A stretch of DNA of 54,240 nucleotides from Saprolegnia diclina VS20 (GCF_000281045.1 NW_008246073.1:911050-965289); one strand, 5' to 3'. Counted from the first letter of the stretch, positions 1 through 11,355 are shown. Translations and numbers: made by a program. The notes: generated by a model not told the origin, from the sequence alone.

Positions 1-464
1 CAAACTCGGAAACTCTGGCTCATTGTCCACTCATGCGCTGGATTCGACGCAATGTGATCTGCATGGTCACGGCGGCGACTCTACACAGGGATCGTGCAAC
101 GTCGCCGACGGCCGTTTGCTCTTGTACAGTACATACAGTAGGCAGGCGCCGACTGAGAGAACGAAGTTCATATTGGCATGTGTGGTCTCTAGTAGCGAGC
201 GGGTTCTACGATGCACCGACGTGTGTACGTCGCTCGCGTCGATTCGATGCGACCGTGACACCGGTGTGCGTCTGGCAGTATCCGAATGGACCAATCAGAT
301 GGCTGGGATTGAAATCTTGGACAACTAAAAAAAGATAGCGAGAGCGCCGGGATCATTGCGTCGTCGGGTGGCGGCGACATGGACGCCGGTGACAAGGGTT
401 GCAGCGCCAAGCACCGGTCGGGTCGTCGGGCAGTGAGGCAGTGAGGCATAGGCCGGACCGGCGC

Positions 465-530
465 CGTCGCGACAGCGTGACGACAGCGTCGCGACAACGT
501 CACAACAACGTCGCGACAACGTTGCGACTG
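465..530. repeat. Degenerate 11-bp tandem repeat, 6 units (consensus CGTCGCGACAR)
   Basis: Units read cgtcgcgacag, cgtgacgacag, cgtcgcgacaa, cgtcacaacaa, cgtcgcgacaa, cgttgcgactg. Confidence 0.8.
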
Positions 531-652
531 GTCATCTCGGCGCCGAGCCGTTGCCGTGCTGGCGAGCGAGGTCCTCCGAAATGGCTTTTTCACACGACAG
601 TGCAACGGCGCTGGACGACGGCAAAAAGCTCGACACTGGCTCGCAAAGTCGA

Positions 653-693
653 AAAGTCGAGGCGTAAAAGGTAGCAAAGTCGAGGCGTAAAAG
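653..693. repeat. 18-bp direct repeat AAAGTCGAGGCGTAAAAG x2
   Basis: Exact copies at 653-670 and 676-693. Confidence 0.8.
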
Positions 694-777
694 CGAGATG
701 GATGGAAGAAAAGGACTTGTATTGACATAGTAGATATTGACGATGCACGAGACGACGAGGAGAGATGCTTAGGCCCA

Positions 778-870
778 GCCGCCGCCGCCGCCACCGTTGG
801 TGTTGGTGTTGGTGTTGGTGTTGGTGTTGGTGTTGGTGTTGGTGTTGGTGTTGCCGCCGCCACCGCCGCC
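778..870. repeat. (GTTGGT)9 hexamer microsatellite flanked on both sides by GCC-rich tracts
   Basis: Perfect GTTGGT units at 796-849 plus GTT; GCC/ACC triplet tracts at 778-795 and 853-870. Confidence 0.95.
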
Positions 871-1113
871 GTTGAAGAGACCGTAGCCGTTGAGGCAGTT
901 CACGGAGGTGACTCTAGCGATGTTTACATGTGGTGTTTGCGCAAAGTTCCAGAGCCATGCTCTGAAAACTCTCGGCCGAAACTAGAATTTGGGGAGCTGG
1001 GCGATCAAGCTGGAGTCCACGAATGGTTGCTGGGGCGTTACGTACTGCATTTGTAGATACGAGTGCCAACCGTTCCCGCCAAAAGCTGTGCGTTGACAGC
1101 TTCGCGACGTGGT

Positions 1114-2628
1114 ATGCGCACGAGTAAAAGCGCCGATGGCGTCGAGGCTAAGAACCTCCTCCCCAAGGCTCTGTCCGCGAACGCACGCGAAAGCCGTGCG
1201 CGCGATAGTCTCCAGTCGCCACTTAGGTCGCTCCTCTCGATGGCGATCCAGCTCTCGGTCAACCAAATGGTTCGGCGCGTTTTGCTCGTGACAGACACGG
1301 CGTTCCTTGGCCACCTCGGCACGAAAGAGCTCGCGGGGGCCGCGCTCGCCAACCTCTGGATCAATGTCCCGTTCAACTTTGTGCAATACGCAATTCCCGC
1401 CATCACGATCCTCGGGTCGCACGCGTACGGTGCCGGGGAGCACAAGGAGATTGGCGTCTGGCTGCAAACGTCCATTCTGTTTGCACAGGGTGCGTGCCTT
1501 CCTGTCGGGCTCGTGCACCTCTTTGTGGGTCCCCTCGTCGGCCTTTCCATGCGAGATGACGAGACCATCGCGTTTGGCCAACTCTATGGCGACGTGCTCG
1601 CCACCGGCCTTCTTCCGCGGTACCTTTACGCCTGCCTCACGGCGTATTTTGCAACCATCAACGTTGTGCAGTCGGCAACAATCACAAGTATTATCGCCAT
1701 GATCCTCAACGCGCTTCTCAACCAAGTGTTTATTAACGGCATTCCTGGCATATGGGCGGGCATCGGTTTTGTCGGCTCGCCGCTCGCGACTGTCGTGAGC
1801 TCGTGCATGCAACTGCTTCTCTTTGGCGTCTACACAATGGTGTGGCGGCGCTACCACGTACCGTACTGGGGCGGCTGGACCCGCGTTGCCGTCGATCAGG
1901 CGCATTGGACCAAGTTTTTGGCGCTCGCGCTGCCCTTGGGGGCGTCGTCGGCCGTCGACTGGGCGAGCTTGACCGTTGCGGGCATGGTCCTCGGCACGCT
2001 GGACCCGGCCTACTCGGCCGCGAATGCCGTCCTCTTTGGCCTTTTTGGTGTCGTGTACGCGTGCGTGAGCGGCTTCTCGGCCGCGACTCAAATCTTCATG
2101 GCCCGCAGCATTGGCATGGGGAGCCTGCCCGATGCGAAAGCGTACCTTGTGCTCGGGATTTACCTCATGGCCGTCATGGTGACGCTGCTGTTAAGTGTAT
2201 TGGCCGCCGTGCACAAGGCAGTCGTTCGTCTCTGGACGTCCGACCAAGCCGTGCTCGACCTGTGCGATGGCGCAATACTGCCGTTTGGCCTGTGCATTGG
2301 CCTCATCTTCTTCCGGTTTCTTCTGAGCTCGGGCGCCAACGCCGTCGAGCTCTCTCGGTATGCGCTGGTCGTCAAAAACGCCGGCGCGTCGCTGCTCTTT
2401 ATTCCGCTCACGTACCTCTGCGTGTTTGAGTGGCGCTACGCACTGCGAGGGTACTGGGCGGCCAATGCCCTGGGCGAATGCGCCAAGATCGTCCTGCTGG
2501 TGTGGCGCCTGGCCAAGCTCGATTGGACTGTTCAAAAAACCAACAGTCGGGACGGCCAGCCACACGTAGGACGCCAAGGAGCACTCATCACCATCCATGT
2601 CGCTACTAGTACGGAGAGGGGCCAATAA
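1114..2628 (+). CDS. MATE family (multidrug and toxic compound extrusion) transporter
   Basis: Intronless ORF with about 12 hydrophobic segments and MATE motifs 'VTDTAFLGHLGTKELAGAALA', 'GSHAYGAGEHKEIG', 'GIGFVGSPLAT'; first ATG at 1114. Confidence 0.9.
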   Translation: MRTSKSADGVEAKNLLPKALSANARESRARDSLQSPLRSLLSMAIQLSVNQMVRRVLLVTDTAFLGHLGTKELAGAALANLWINVPFNFVQYAIPAITILGSHAYGAGEHKEIGVWLQTSILFAQGACLPVGLVHLFVGPLVGLSMRDDETIAFGQLYGDVLATGLLPRYLYACLTAYFATINVVQSATITSIIAMILNALLNQVFINGIPGIWAGIGFVGSPLATVVSSCMQLLLFGVYTMVWRRYHVPYWGGWTRVAVDQAHWTKFLALALPLGASSAVDWASLTVAGMVLGTLDPAYSAANAVLFGLFGVVYACVSGFSAATQIFMARSIGMGSLPDAKAYLVLGIYLMAVMVTLLLSVLAAVHKAVVRLWTSDQAVLDLCDGAILPFGLCIGLIFFRFLLSSGANAVELSRYALVVKNAGASLLFIPLTYLCVFEWRYALRGYWAANALGECAKIVLLVWRLAKLDWTVQKTNSRDGQPHVGRQGALITIHVATSTERGQ

Positions 2629-2971
2629 TTCCATCGCCACCCCTAACCACCACCACCACTGACAACAGGGACACGTCTCCTGCGTCCTCCCATCCATGAA
2701 TAAGAGTTCTTTTCTCCCATATCTTTCGCCTTGACGCGATAGTGCAGCAAGCAGGTCGTCGACACCCACCATATCTTGCCACACGAGACAGACAGGTGAC
2801 AGTAGTCGCACTCGAGGTGACACATGTCCTTCGCTGCGTACACAACAGCTCGTTTGCTTGTCTAGAAGCACACACGTCGCACCATAGGAAGGAGACGCCG
2901 CCCAAGGTTCGATCCCTTGTGCTCCTCGGTCGTTTCTTACGTTTTTTAAGTTAACTGGTTGGCGCTCGGGT

Positions 2972-3704
2972 CTAGTGGAGCTTTTCCACAGTGGCGACGC
3001 CGTCGACACGGGCAATCGCGTTGAGCACGTCGTCGATCGTGCTGTCGTCGTCCGCTTGCAGCGAAAACTCGAGGAGCTGCCCGCGGGTGCTGTGCTGCTG
3101 GAGGCCGCACGCAAGAATGCACACGTTACCGCTCGTGGCGCGAATGACCTCGCAGAGCGCGAGCAGCAACGTGTGGTACAACGTCGGGTCGTCCATTACA
3201 CCGGCTTGCACCTGCAGCAAGTGGACGTTGGCGTCAAACCGGCGCTTGGCCTTGGTCTGCGCATGGCACCACTGCACAACATCTTTGGCCGTCGGGCGCT
3301 CGGCCGGCGAGAGCGACACGAGACGGCGGACCAACGCCACAATCTCGGGACTCTGTGGTAACCACTCGGGCGGGATACTGCCGTCGCGCACCTGTCGCAG
3401 CGTCACGATGCGCTCCATGGCGGTCCCAAACGGCGCGTGCCCAAGCTCAAAGAGGATCATGCCGAGCGAGTAGAGGTCTGCTTTGGCCGAGTAGAGCTCG
3501 CCCGAGATCTGTTCGGGGCTCGCATAGAGGTACGTGCCGACGCCCGCCGTCTTTTCATCGTCGTCGTCGTCCGCGTCGTCGTCGTCTTCTTGGAGCAGTG
3601 TCGTCGTCGTCGACGCGCCGGCGTCCGGTAGACCCGTGCTGCCGGCGTACCGGGAGAGGCCAAAGTCGCCGAGTTTGATAGTTTGCACGGCCTCGTCCAT
3701 GACA

Positions 3705-3736
<32 letters not shown>

Positions 3737-4100
3737 AAGGCCAAGCGAATGAACATGCTCGAGCGCCGACGCGATCTGACTAAACACGCGCAGGACGTGG
3801 GGGACGTCGACGACCCGGTCGGAGCTTGCGAGGACGTCGGCGAGACTCTTGGCCGAGCAATATTGCATCTGAATGTACAGCCAGTGGTCGATGCGCTCGT
3901 TGGTCGTGGAGCGGAGCGTGTCGAGTACTGCCGACCGCGGCTCGTGTGTCGGCCGCGTCAGATCGCTCTCCGACCACTGCGCCATCGACGCCGACGCGTC
4001 ATTGCTGTCGTCGTCGTTGGGACTGGCCTCCCACTCAAAGCCACCGTCGTCGTCGTCGTGAAGGTGCGGCGCCGGGGCATACAGCGAGTCGCGACTCGCA

Positions 4101-4139
<39 letters not shown>

Positions 4140-6314
4140 ATGTGAAAGAACGTCGTCCGCTTGGGACGCTGGCGGGTCGACGGCGAGTCATCGTCGTCGG
4201 ACGAGAAGCGGCGCTGAAGTATGTTGCCTTTCGAGTAGTCGGTTGTCGACGACATCCAGCGCGGACTCGACGCGTCTTCGGAGCTCGCGGCAAAGCTTAC
4301 CGAGTCGGCCTCCCCGAGCTCTTCGAGCCACGCCTAATCCGAGACGCGCGTCAACATGACGCGCCAGAAGGAGGCACTCTCTACCTGGTAGTAGCGCACA
4401 ATGTACGAATGATCGAGCCGAGCGAGGATTTTGACTTCGCGCAAAAACTAGCACACTTCAAAGTGACGACGACGTGTCAGCAGCGCGTACCTTCTCGAGC
4501 GTCTCTTTGGTCTGGTGCTTGAGGCAGAGACCGATGCGCTTGACAGCGTAGCGACGGCCATCCAGTCGGTTCTCAGCAAGAATGACTTGACCAAACCCGC
4601 CCTTCCCAAGGACCGAGAGCTCGTCAAACTCGTTGGCGAACCGCCCGCGACAAATGTACGGCAGCACTTTGCGAAAGTCTTGGTCCAGCACGACCGTCGT
4701 GGTTAGCGTCGGTGTCATCGGTGCCAACGACGTGCTGGACGTCGGCGGCGTTCCGGTTGCATGCAAGGTGTCGCTCTGAGCTGACCGTTGCGACGCCTCC
4801 GACTCGTCCGTCGAGAGGCGGTGCCCGAGCTTGAGCTCGGGCATCTTCCATTTCGATGGCTCCAACGGGAAGCCGCCAAACGAGACCGACCGCTGGATAC
4901 GACCCGGCGACATGGTCACGAGCGACGGTAGGTGCACGTCGTCCTCCGTGTGCATGCGAAAGAGCGTTGGACTGCCGAGGAACGTCGCGGTCGGTGAGCC
5001 TTTGGGCGACATGCGGGGCGACGCTTTGGGCGCCGACGGCGGTGTCGGCGTCTCAGCCATCGGCGACAACGGTGCCGACGGTGTCTTGGACCGCCAGTAG
5101 TACAGGAGAAGTGCAATGCCCAGCGCCACCGAGACAGCCATGACGCAGATCCATAGCATGCTGTTGGACGAGATGAAGACGCCTTGCTTGCCGTCGATGA
5201 CGACCGACTGCCACGGCCGCCGGCCCGTGTAGTTGATGCTTTTCGAGGACGTTGGGCGTGGGGGCGGCGACGACGGCAGCAGGTACATTTGGCCTGCGAC
5301 GCGGCCCACAACAAGGTCGTCTTGCGTCGGGCTCGGCTCGCAGACGTTGTCGAGATCGGTGATCGCGTCGGTCTCGGCGTCCAGCGGGCACGCCTCGTCG
5401 TCGTGGGAGTCGTCCTTGAGCGTCAGCGACCAGTCGTAAAACTTGACGCCGTAGTGCGGCAGCATGCCGTAGACCATGGTGAGCGCGCCATTGGCGTCCC
5501 AGGACCACAGCAGCGCGTGCGAGTGCGGGTCGTAGATCGAGAGCGAAGTGCCGGCGTCGCTGCGCGACACGTCGATGTACGGGCTTCGATACGCCGGTGA
5601 CGGACCGCGCTGGCACGTGGCGTGTGACGCAAACTGTACAAAGTACTCGGACACGGTGACGCACTTGAAATCGGTCGTGTCGAGGGCGTTGACCATCTTG
5701 GTCGTGACGTCGACGCGCCCAAAGAGCATGCGCGCCGTCGGACCGTCGTCGTCGTCGTCGTTGAGGAGCACAGACGGCGCGTCGGGCGAGAAGAACGGGT
5801 GCATCTGGCCCGTGTGCGCGTCGAACGTAAAGAGCTTCTGCGTCTTTTCAGCCACAAACACCACGTCGGCGAGTTCGGGGCTGCCGCGGACGCGGAGCGG
5901 CGTCTTGGCCTGTAGCAGCTCGTCGGTCGAGAGCTCGACTTGCTTCCACTGCTGCGCATGCTTCTCGTAGTGGAACAGCCCGCCGTTTGCGAGATTGGGG
6001 AGGAAGCTATGCTCGGCCGACCAGGACGACGCCAGCGCCACATCTGTCGCCGGTGCCGCGCCATTCGCGCCAATCGAGCGTGGAATGCGCGGGTGCAAGG
6101 CGCCGCGCAGCAACTCGGGGCGGCAGTTGGTCACGAGCGGGCCGCCCGAGTCGATCGAGTTGATGACTTCGCCCGTCCACGCGTCAAAGGCGACGAGCTG
6201 GCCGCTCACATGGCCTGCGAGCAAGATGGCTCGGTCGCGCACGTCGACGGCCTCGAGGCTACATGCGGCGCGTTGCAGGAGCGCGGCGCCGACGAGCCAG
6301 ACCAAGCGGCTCAT
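2972..6314 (-). CDS. PERK-type transmembrane eIF2-alpha kinase with putative C-terminal ACT domain; exons 6314-4491, 4447-4385, 4333-2972
   Basis: Signal peptide MSRLVWLVGAALLQRAACS; IRE1/PERK-like luminal start 'GHVSGQLVAFDAWTGEVINSIDSGGPLV'; TM helix about 5094-5160; kinase motifs RFANEFDELSVLGKGGFGQV, YAVKRI, spliced LREVKILARLDHSYIVRYYQ/AWLE, acidic insert, LYIQMQYC, IHRDLKPANIF, KLGDFGL, TAGVGTYLYASPEQ; in-frame GT-AG introns of 43 and 51 nt. Confidence 0.9.
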
Positions 6315-6422
6315 GCTCAAGGAAACCTTGTTCTTGCCAAAAACAGCTCGCCGTATTTATTTGCCCGTGAAAAACTGCACCGGCGCGTGCGATTGGCCCA
6401 ATTTAACGCGGATGCGCCAATC

Positions 6423-6494
6423 CGCTGCGTCATCCAGCGCCACGCTGCGTCATCCAGCGCCACGCTGCGTCATCCAGCGCCACGCTGCGTCATC
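6423..6494. repeat. 20-bp perfect tandem repeat CGCTGCGTCATCCAGCGCCA x3.6, upstream of the eIF2-alpha kinase
   Basis: Units at 6423, 6443 and 6463, with a partial unit at 6483-6494. Confidence 0.95.
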
Positions 6495-7336
6495 GACGTA
6501 TCCTTAGTCGACCTCGAGCTCGCCCATTGCTTGCTGTCCACCTCGGTCGCTGCGCCGCTTGGACGCCGTCGCGACGGGCGCCATCGGGTGACGAAGCAAC
6601 ACGTCAGCGCTGGCGAACCAAGGGCCACCACGTGGCACACGCCGAAACCCTCGTTCGTGGAAACGCGAGCCGACCAGCCAATTACATTGCGGTGTACCTA
6701 CCGCCGCTGCTCCCACGGCCGTCGCGGCTCGTCCCTTGCGTATCTACCGTCCGCGCTGGTCGTTGTCGGATCAGACACTGCGGTGGAGATATACGCTCCG
6801 GCATGAGGCGGGCCACGGTGTTCCCGGTGGAGTTGAAGTGGCATGCATGGGCTACCGCAAGGTTCACGAGCACGGATGGCATAGTAGCTCTGGACGTCAA
6901 CACGGCGGCGTAGAGGCTGCATCGCATTGAGGCTGGGTGGTACCGTTGGCGTGACGCCTGGACGGATTCGGACCGGCGGTGGGCGGCGCCGGCAACGTTG
7001 TGGGTGTGTACACACTACCGCAGCAGAAGGACTGTTAGGGTCCATCATTTAGGTTCCAGTTCATGGGCCTTGGATGCATTGCTGTCCTCGCCACGCCTCT
7101 GGTGCAGACGCATGTCGGTCCGGGACATAGGTAGGACCCTGTGCTACGTGGTCGTACGACTCTGCGCTCCTGTCGATACATTTGTTTCTTGTTGTCGCAC
7201 GTGTTGTCGACAAGTTGTACTTGCCGACCAAAGGTCCAACTGATATTGATGCCATGGGATTGGACAAAATCTATCGCGTCTTTTTAACCAATCAAATCGA
7301 GTGGATTCATAGCGGACAAAAACACGACAGAGCGCC

Positions 7337-9622
7337 ATGCAGCCGTTCCTTCGCGCGACGACGCCGCTGCGGTCTCTGGCGCGTGGCCGCGTGGCGATGC
7401 ATGCAATGGCCGACGGCCTTGGGCTGCAGCGCGCGGTGGCCGCCCACATGCAGCAGGTCTTCCCGGACGGCCTCGCCCGCGCGCTGGACCAGTCGGACCG
7501 CCATGGCACGCCGACGCTCCACGGCGAGTCCTTTGAGAAGGCCAAGACGATCCTCAAGAACCCCAAGAACCAGCGTGCGCTGCGTGACGCCTACCACAGG
7601 CTTGGTTCTCAATGCGATGATAGGCTTTTTGTGGCAGGAGGCGGCTCGCTTGAACGCATCGCACCAATCGAGCATCGTCCTGGACGTGCTGTACGCCAAG
7701 ATCTTTGCGCGTAAACCCACGTACCTCCCGCGCACGACCAGTCTCTTCTTACAGCAGGTGCTGCTGGCGGCGCTGGCGACGTCGAACGCGGCGACGGCCG
7801 TCGACGCGCTCGTGCAGCTCGCGGCCTTGGACGCCGACCTCGTCCCCCATACTGTGCGAACGCTCTCGGTCGACGCCGTCTTGCGCCTTGCACTCGAGTC
7901 CGCGCCGCATCTTGTGGCCGACATTGCGCCGCTCCTGGCACCGCTGCACGTGACGCTCGAGACAGCGATCGCGCCTGCCGTCTTGCGCGCGCTCTTCGAT
8001 GCAAGGGCGTACGCGACGCTTCTCGATGTGGCCGCGTCCGCACCCGGGCCGCTTCCGCTCTCCACGCATGCCAACGTGCTCGTAGCCATGCTCCGTGCTG
8101 GCCACGCCATCGACCACGTCCAACGCCGCTACGTGGACCTCGTCCAGGGCGCGTTCGCCGATGCGTCACAAACCAACGTCCTCGGCTTTCTCCTCATCCA
8201 CGCGTGTACGCAACAGCAGTACGACGTGGTCGCAGACGTGCTCGCGTTTATGGAGACGCATGCGTATGTGCTGCCCATCGACGAAGCCCTCGTGCTGTAC
8301 CACACGCTCCTGCCATCGTCGCGTCCAGTATCTGGTACGTCAGGACGCCGTCGTGGATACGACTCGATGACATTTTCGTTCATCGCTAGAGCACTGTTTG
8401 GTCGAGCTCCTCGAGGCGTACCCGACCGTGCTGCCCGCAACGACTCGGACGCTGTCGCTGGCCGTCAGCGCGTCGTCCTTTTTCCAGCACCCAACTGTCG
8501 CGACGCGCGTGCTCGACCATGCGCAGTCCCGTGGCATTTCGATTCTGGACGTCGCCTATGGCCACGCGGGGGCGACCGCCGGGCTGCTGCACCGCCACCG
8601 CTTCAAAGCTCGCTACAAGGACGACTTTTTAGGTGCCGTTGAGTTGCCGTCTGGTAGCTCACTCGGATCGCGTAGATGGGAAGGTCGCGACGGCCCGCCA
8701 AACTGACGTCCACGATGCGGGGTACCACTTTAGTGGCGCCTTGCTCCAGTTCATGTGCGCGCAGAACGCTCACGAGGCGGTCGAGCTGCTTCTCAAGGAG
8801 CTGCAGTACTACCACTTGGAGGCGACCGAAGACGACATGAGTAGCGTGCTTCGCAGTCTCCAACCGCACTGGAGCCTCTACTCGCTCTACAAAGCGTACC
8901 CGCGCGTGGTCAAGAACGCTCCGGTGGCGCTCACCCGTGGCGTGGCCGACCTCTTGCGGATTCGCCCAAGCGGCAGTGCGACCGCCGCCGAGATGGACCA
9001 AGCCCTGCAGCTCTGGCGCTGCTACGTGTGGACGGAAGCCGTCAAGCTCGACGACAGCGTGTTTGGTCTCTTGACATACGCTGCGCTGCGAGACCAGCAG
9101 TCGGCCTCGATCCTCACCGAGGTCGCGACGCAGTACACGCAGCAAGACGTTGGTCGTCACCTTGCGACGCTCCACTCGGCCGTGCTACAGCTCTGCGCCA
9201 CCTGCAATGACGCACGCACAATGACAACGTTGCTCCAGCAGCGACCCGCGGGCCTCCCGCCTCTCAGCGACGTGGATGTTGACTACGTGCTGGAGACGAT
9301 GCCACCGACCGAGGTCTCGGTGCTTGCCTTTCTGCGCAGCTTGCCGCACGGCGTTTTGCCGTGGACGAGTCCGCGGTTGCTGAGCCGTGCGTTGGTGGCC
9401 GCGCTCTCGGCCCGCCACGCCACTGACGCGATCGAGGTCCTTGGCCGCGCGATTGACTCTAACGTCGAACTCAGCGCCGAGGCGTGCCGAGCGTGCGCAC
9501 TTGTGGTCCAAGACGACTCGATCGATGCGTCGTTCCGAGTCGATGTCCAGCTCTCGATGGAGATGCTTTGGGCTTCAACGACGGACGCCTCGATCCGCGC
9601 CATCCTCGAGCGCTGTGCGTAA
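7337..9622 (+). CDS. Uncharacterised alpha-helical (PPR/solenoid-like) protein, possibly mitochondrial; about 4 exons
   Basis: Successive protein-like frames (7337, 7182, 8398 and 8633 ORFs) joinable by short GT-AG introns near 7575-7623, 8335-8388 and 8633-8675; Arg-rich, acid-free N-terminus MQPFLRATTPLRSLARGR. Confidence 0.6.
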
Positions 9623-10445
9623 TGGCTTTTAGAATAGAGATATGTCCTCGTCCGACAAGGCGCTTGAGAGGCTTGGTGGACGCCAGCCATTGTGGTTGAG
9701 CCCACGATGACATGCAACCAGAGCTTTCACGGTCGGTGCAAAGCTACGGAAGCACTTCTATCGTAGCAACAGATACACCGGCGCAAGGACGACGTCCGAT
9801 GCTTGGCAATGCAAGACGAGTCGCGCCAACTCGATCTCTATGTCCTCTCTCGACTGCCAGTGTATGGCACACTCGCTCGTGGAGACGCTGAGACGCTCTC
9901 TATGGTGTCCAGTCGCAAGGGTTGCTGTTGATAGACCCTTGCGAGTCGGTTGGCACGCAAGAACATTGCCGAGGTGGGGTGTTGCTTGCGTCCATCAGAG
10001 CTAAGACGCTTCAACGCAGGACATCGACGATGGGCCAGTGGTGTCGCCCGCTGCATTCCGGACCAGCTAGCTTGGTGCGTGAGCCAAACGAAGCTCTCTC
10101 CGTCGTCGGATCGGCTCGAAATACCAGGTACGCTCGATTGCCTTACGGCTTGGCGCCAACTAAGCTTATCTCCTTCATACCTTGGCTTCATGGTTGGCCG
10201 CAATGCGATACGAGCCTGGTCAGCAGCTCCTTATGTCCTCCTCCAGAGATTTCCATGTAGTGAACGAGCTCGCTGGCCGATGCAAGGGCAACTTGGGCCA
10301 CACAATCTTGTTTGCAAAAGATCAAGTTGCTGCCGTCATGTCGCCACGCGTCTACACGTCCTGGGGATCCTAGGTACATACTGCGTGCGTCGGTCGTGTC
10401 TCGGCTGCATCGAGAGCCTCACGAGCTCGTTGGGTGACGCTACTT

Positions 10446-10895
10446 CTACACTGCAGGCTCGAGCTGGAGGGCGTAGCAGTGCTTTTCGCCTTGAATGCCA
10501 ATCGGCGCATACCCGAGCGCAGCAAGGAACGGCGGCATGTGCGGGAAGCGGGCGGGAAACGTATTGACAGTGAGGCGCTCGTGGTCGCCGCCAAAGGTGC
10601 TACGGCAGTGCTGAAACAAGCGCCGCATGACGCCTTGGCGCCGTGCGCACGGATGCGTCGCAGCGATCCACACGTGCATGGTCTTTGCAGACGTTGCATG
10701 GGCATGCACAAAGACAAAGCCAAGCACACTGCCGTCGTCCGATGGCACGTAGAAGATGCGCCCATGCATCACCTGGCGACGGCGGCGCCATTCGGCGAGG
10801 CCATGTTTCTCGTCGTCGTCGCCGCCAAAGACGGCCGCCGAGACGGCAAAGACCGTCTCGACGTCGGCGTCGGTCTTGGCCTCGTCGATGCGCAT
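10446..10895 (-). CDS. GNAT family N-acetyltransferase (intronless)
   Basis: Acetyl-CoA motif A 'HVWIAATHPCARRQGVMRRLF'; 'LTVNTFPARFPHMPPFLAALGY'. Confidence 0.8.
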   Translation of the reverse strand: MRIDEAKTDADVETVFAVSAAVFGGDDDEKHGLAEWRRRRQVMHGRIFYVPSDDGSVLGFVFVHAHATSAKTMHVWIAATHPCARRQGVMRRLFQHCRSTFGGDHERLTVNTFPARFPHMPPFLAALGYAPIGIQGEKHCYALQLEPAV

Positions 10896-11355
10896 CCTTC
10901 GATAGCTGCTTCGATGCGCCTGTTTCATCGTTTGCGTAGGGCCCCGACCCTCGTCTGCACCTTTTTAAAAAGTCTTTGTTTTTATTATCCCTACAAAGAA
11001 CCACAACGAACGCAGCCGATCGTTTAAAATATACCACCCGGGGTCCCACTTGAAGAAGCCCACCACGTGGCACGCTGAATCTTCTTGGTATCCGGATACG
11101 TCCATACAAACCCCAGCACGAGGTGGAACGGTTGTCCGGATACGCTGCCTTGCGCGAATCTGCCGCGACGCTGTGGATACGCTTTTTTAAGCCGCGTGAG
11201 AATGTTCTGCGACATCTACATACAAAGACCAAGTGAAAGGGCGAGCATTTAAATAAAAAGAGGCGCTTAACCGGCGGCGACTCTTTTTTATACTGCAAAA
11301 TTGCGCAAATAGACGGGTATTTCCAAAAAAAGATTGTCCAACACCAAGAAGAAGC

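Noticed and set aside
189..863. 224-aa ORF with a (TP)n repeat
   Set aside because: GTG start, produced by the microsatellite, and the remainder is not protein-like
4099..4137. (GTC)n trinucleotide run
   Set aside because: Explained by the poly-Asp kinase insert typical of eIF2-alpha kinases
6423..6494. Repeat array as a CRISPR
   Set aside because: Contiguous identical units with no spacers, no cas genes, and a eukaryotic context
6500..7300. Short ORFs between the kinase promoter and the 7337 gene
   Set aside because: No recognisable motif or consistent spliced model
9650..10440. Possible decayed ankyrin-like or other gene remnant
   Set aside because: Only a vague resemblance, with multiple stops; cannot be supported without a search
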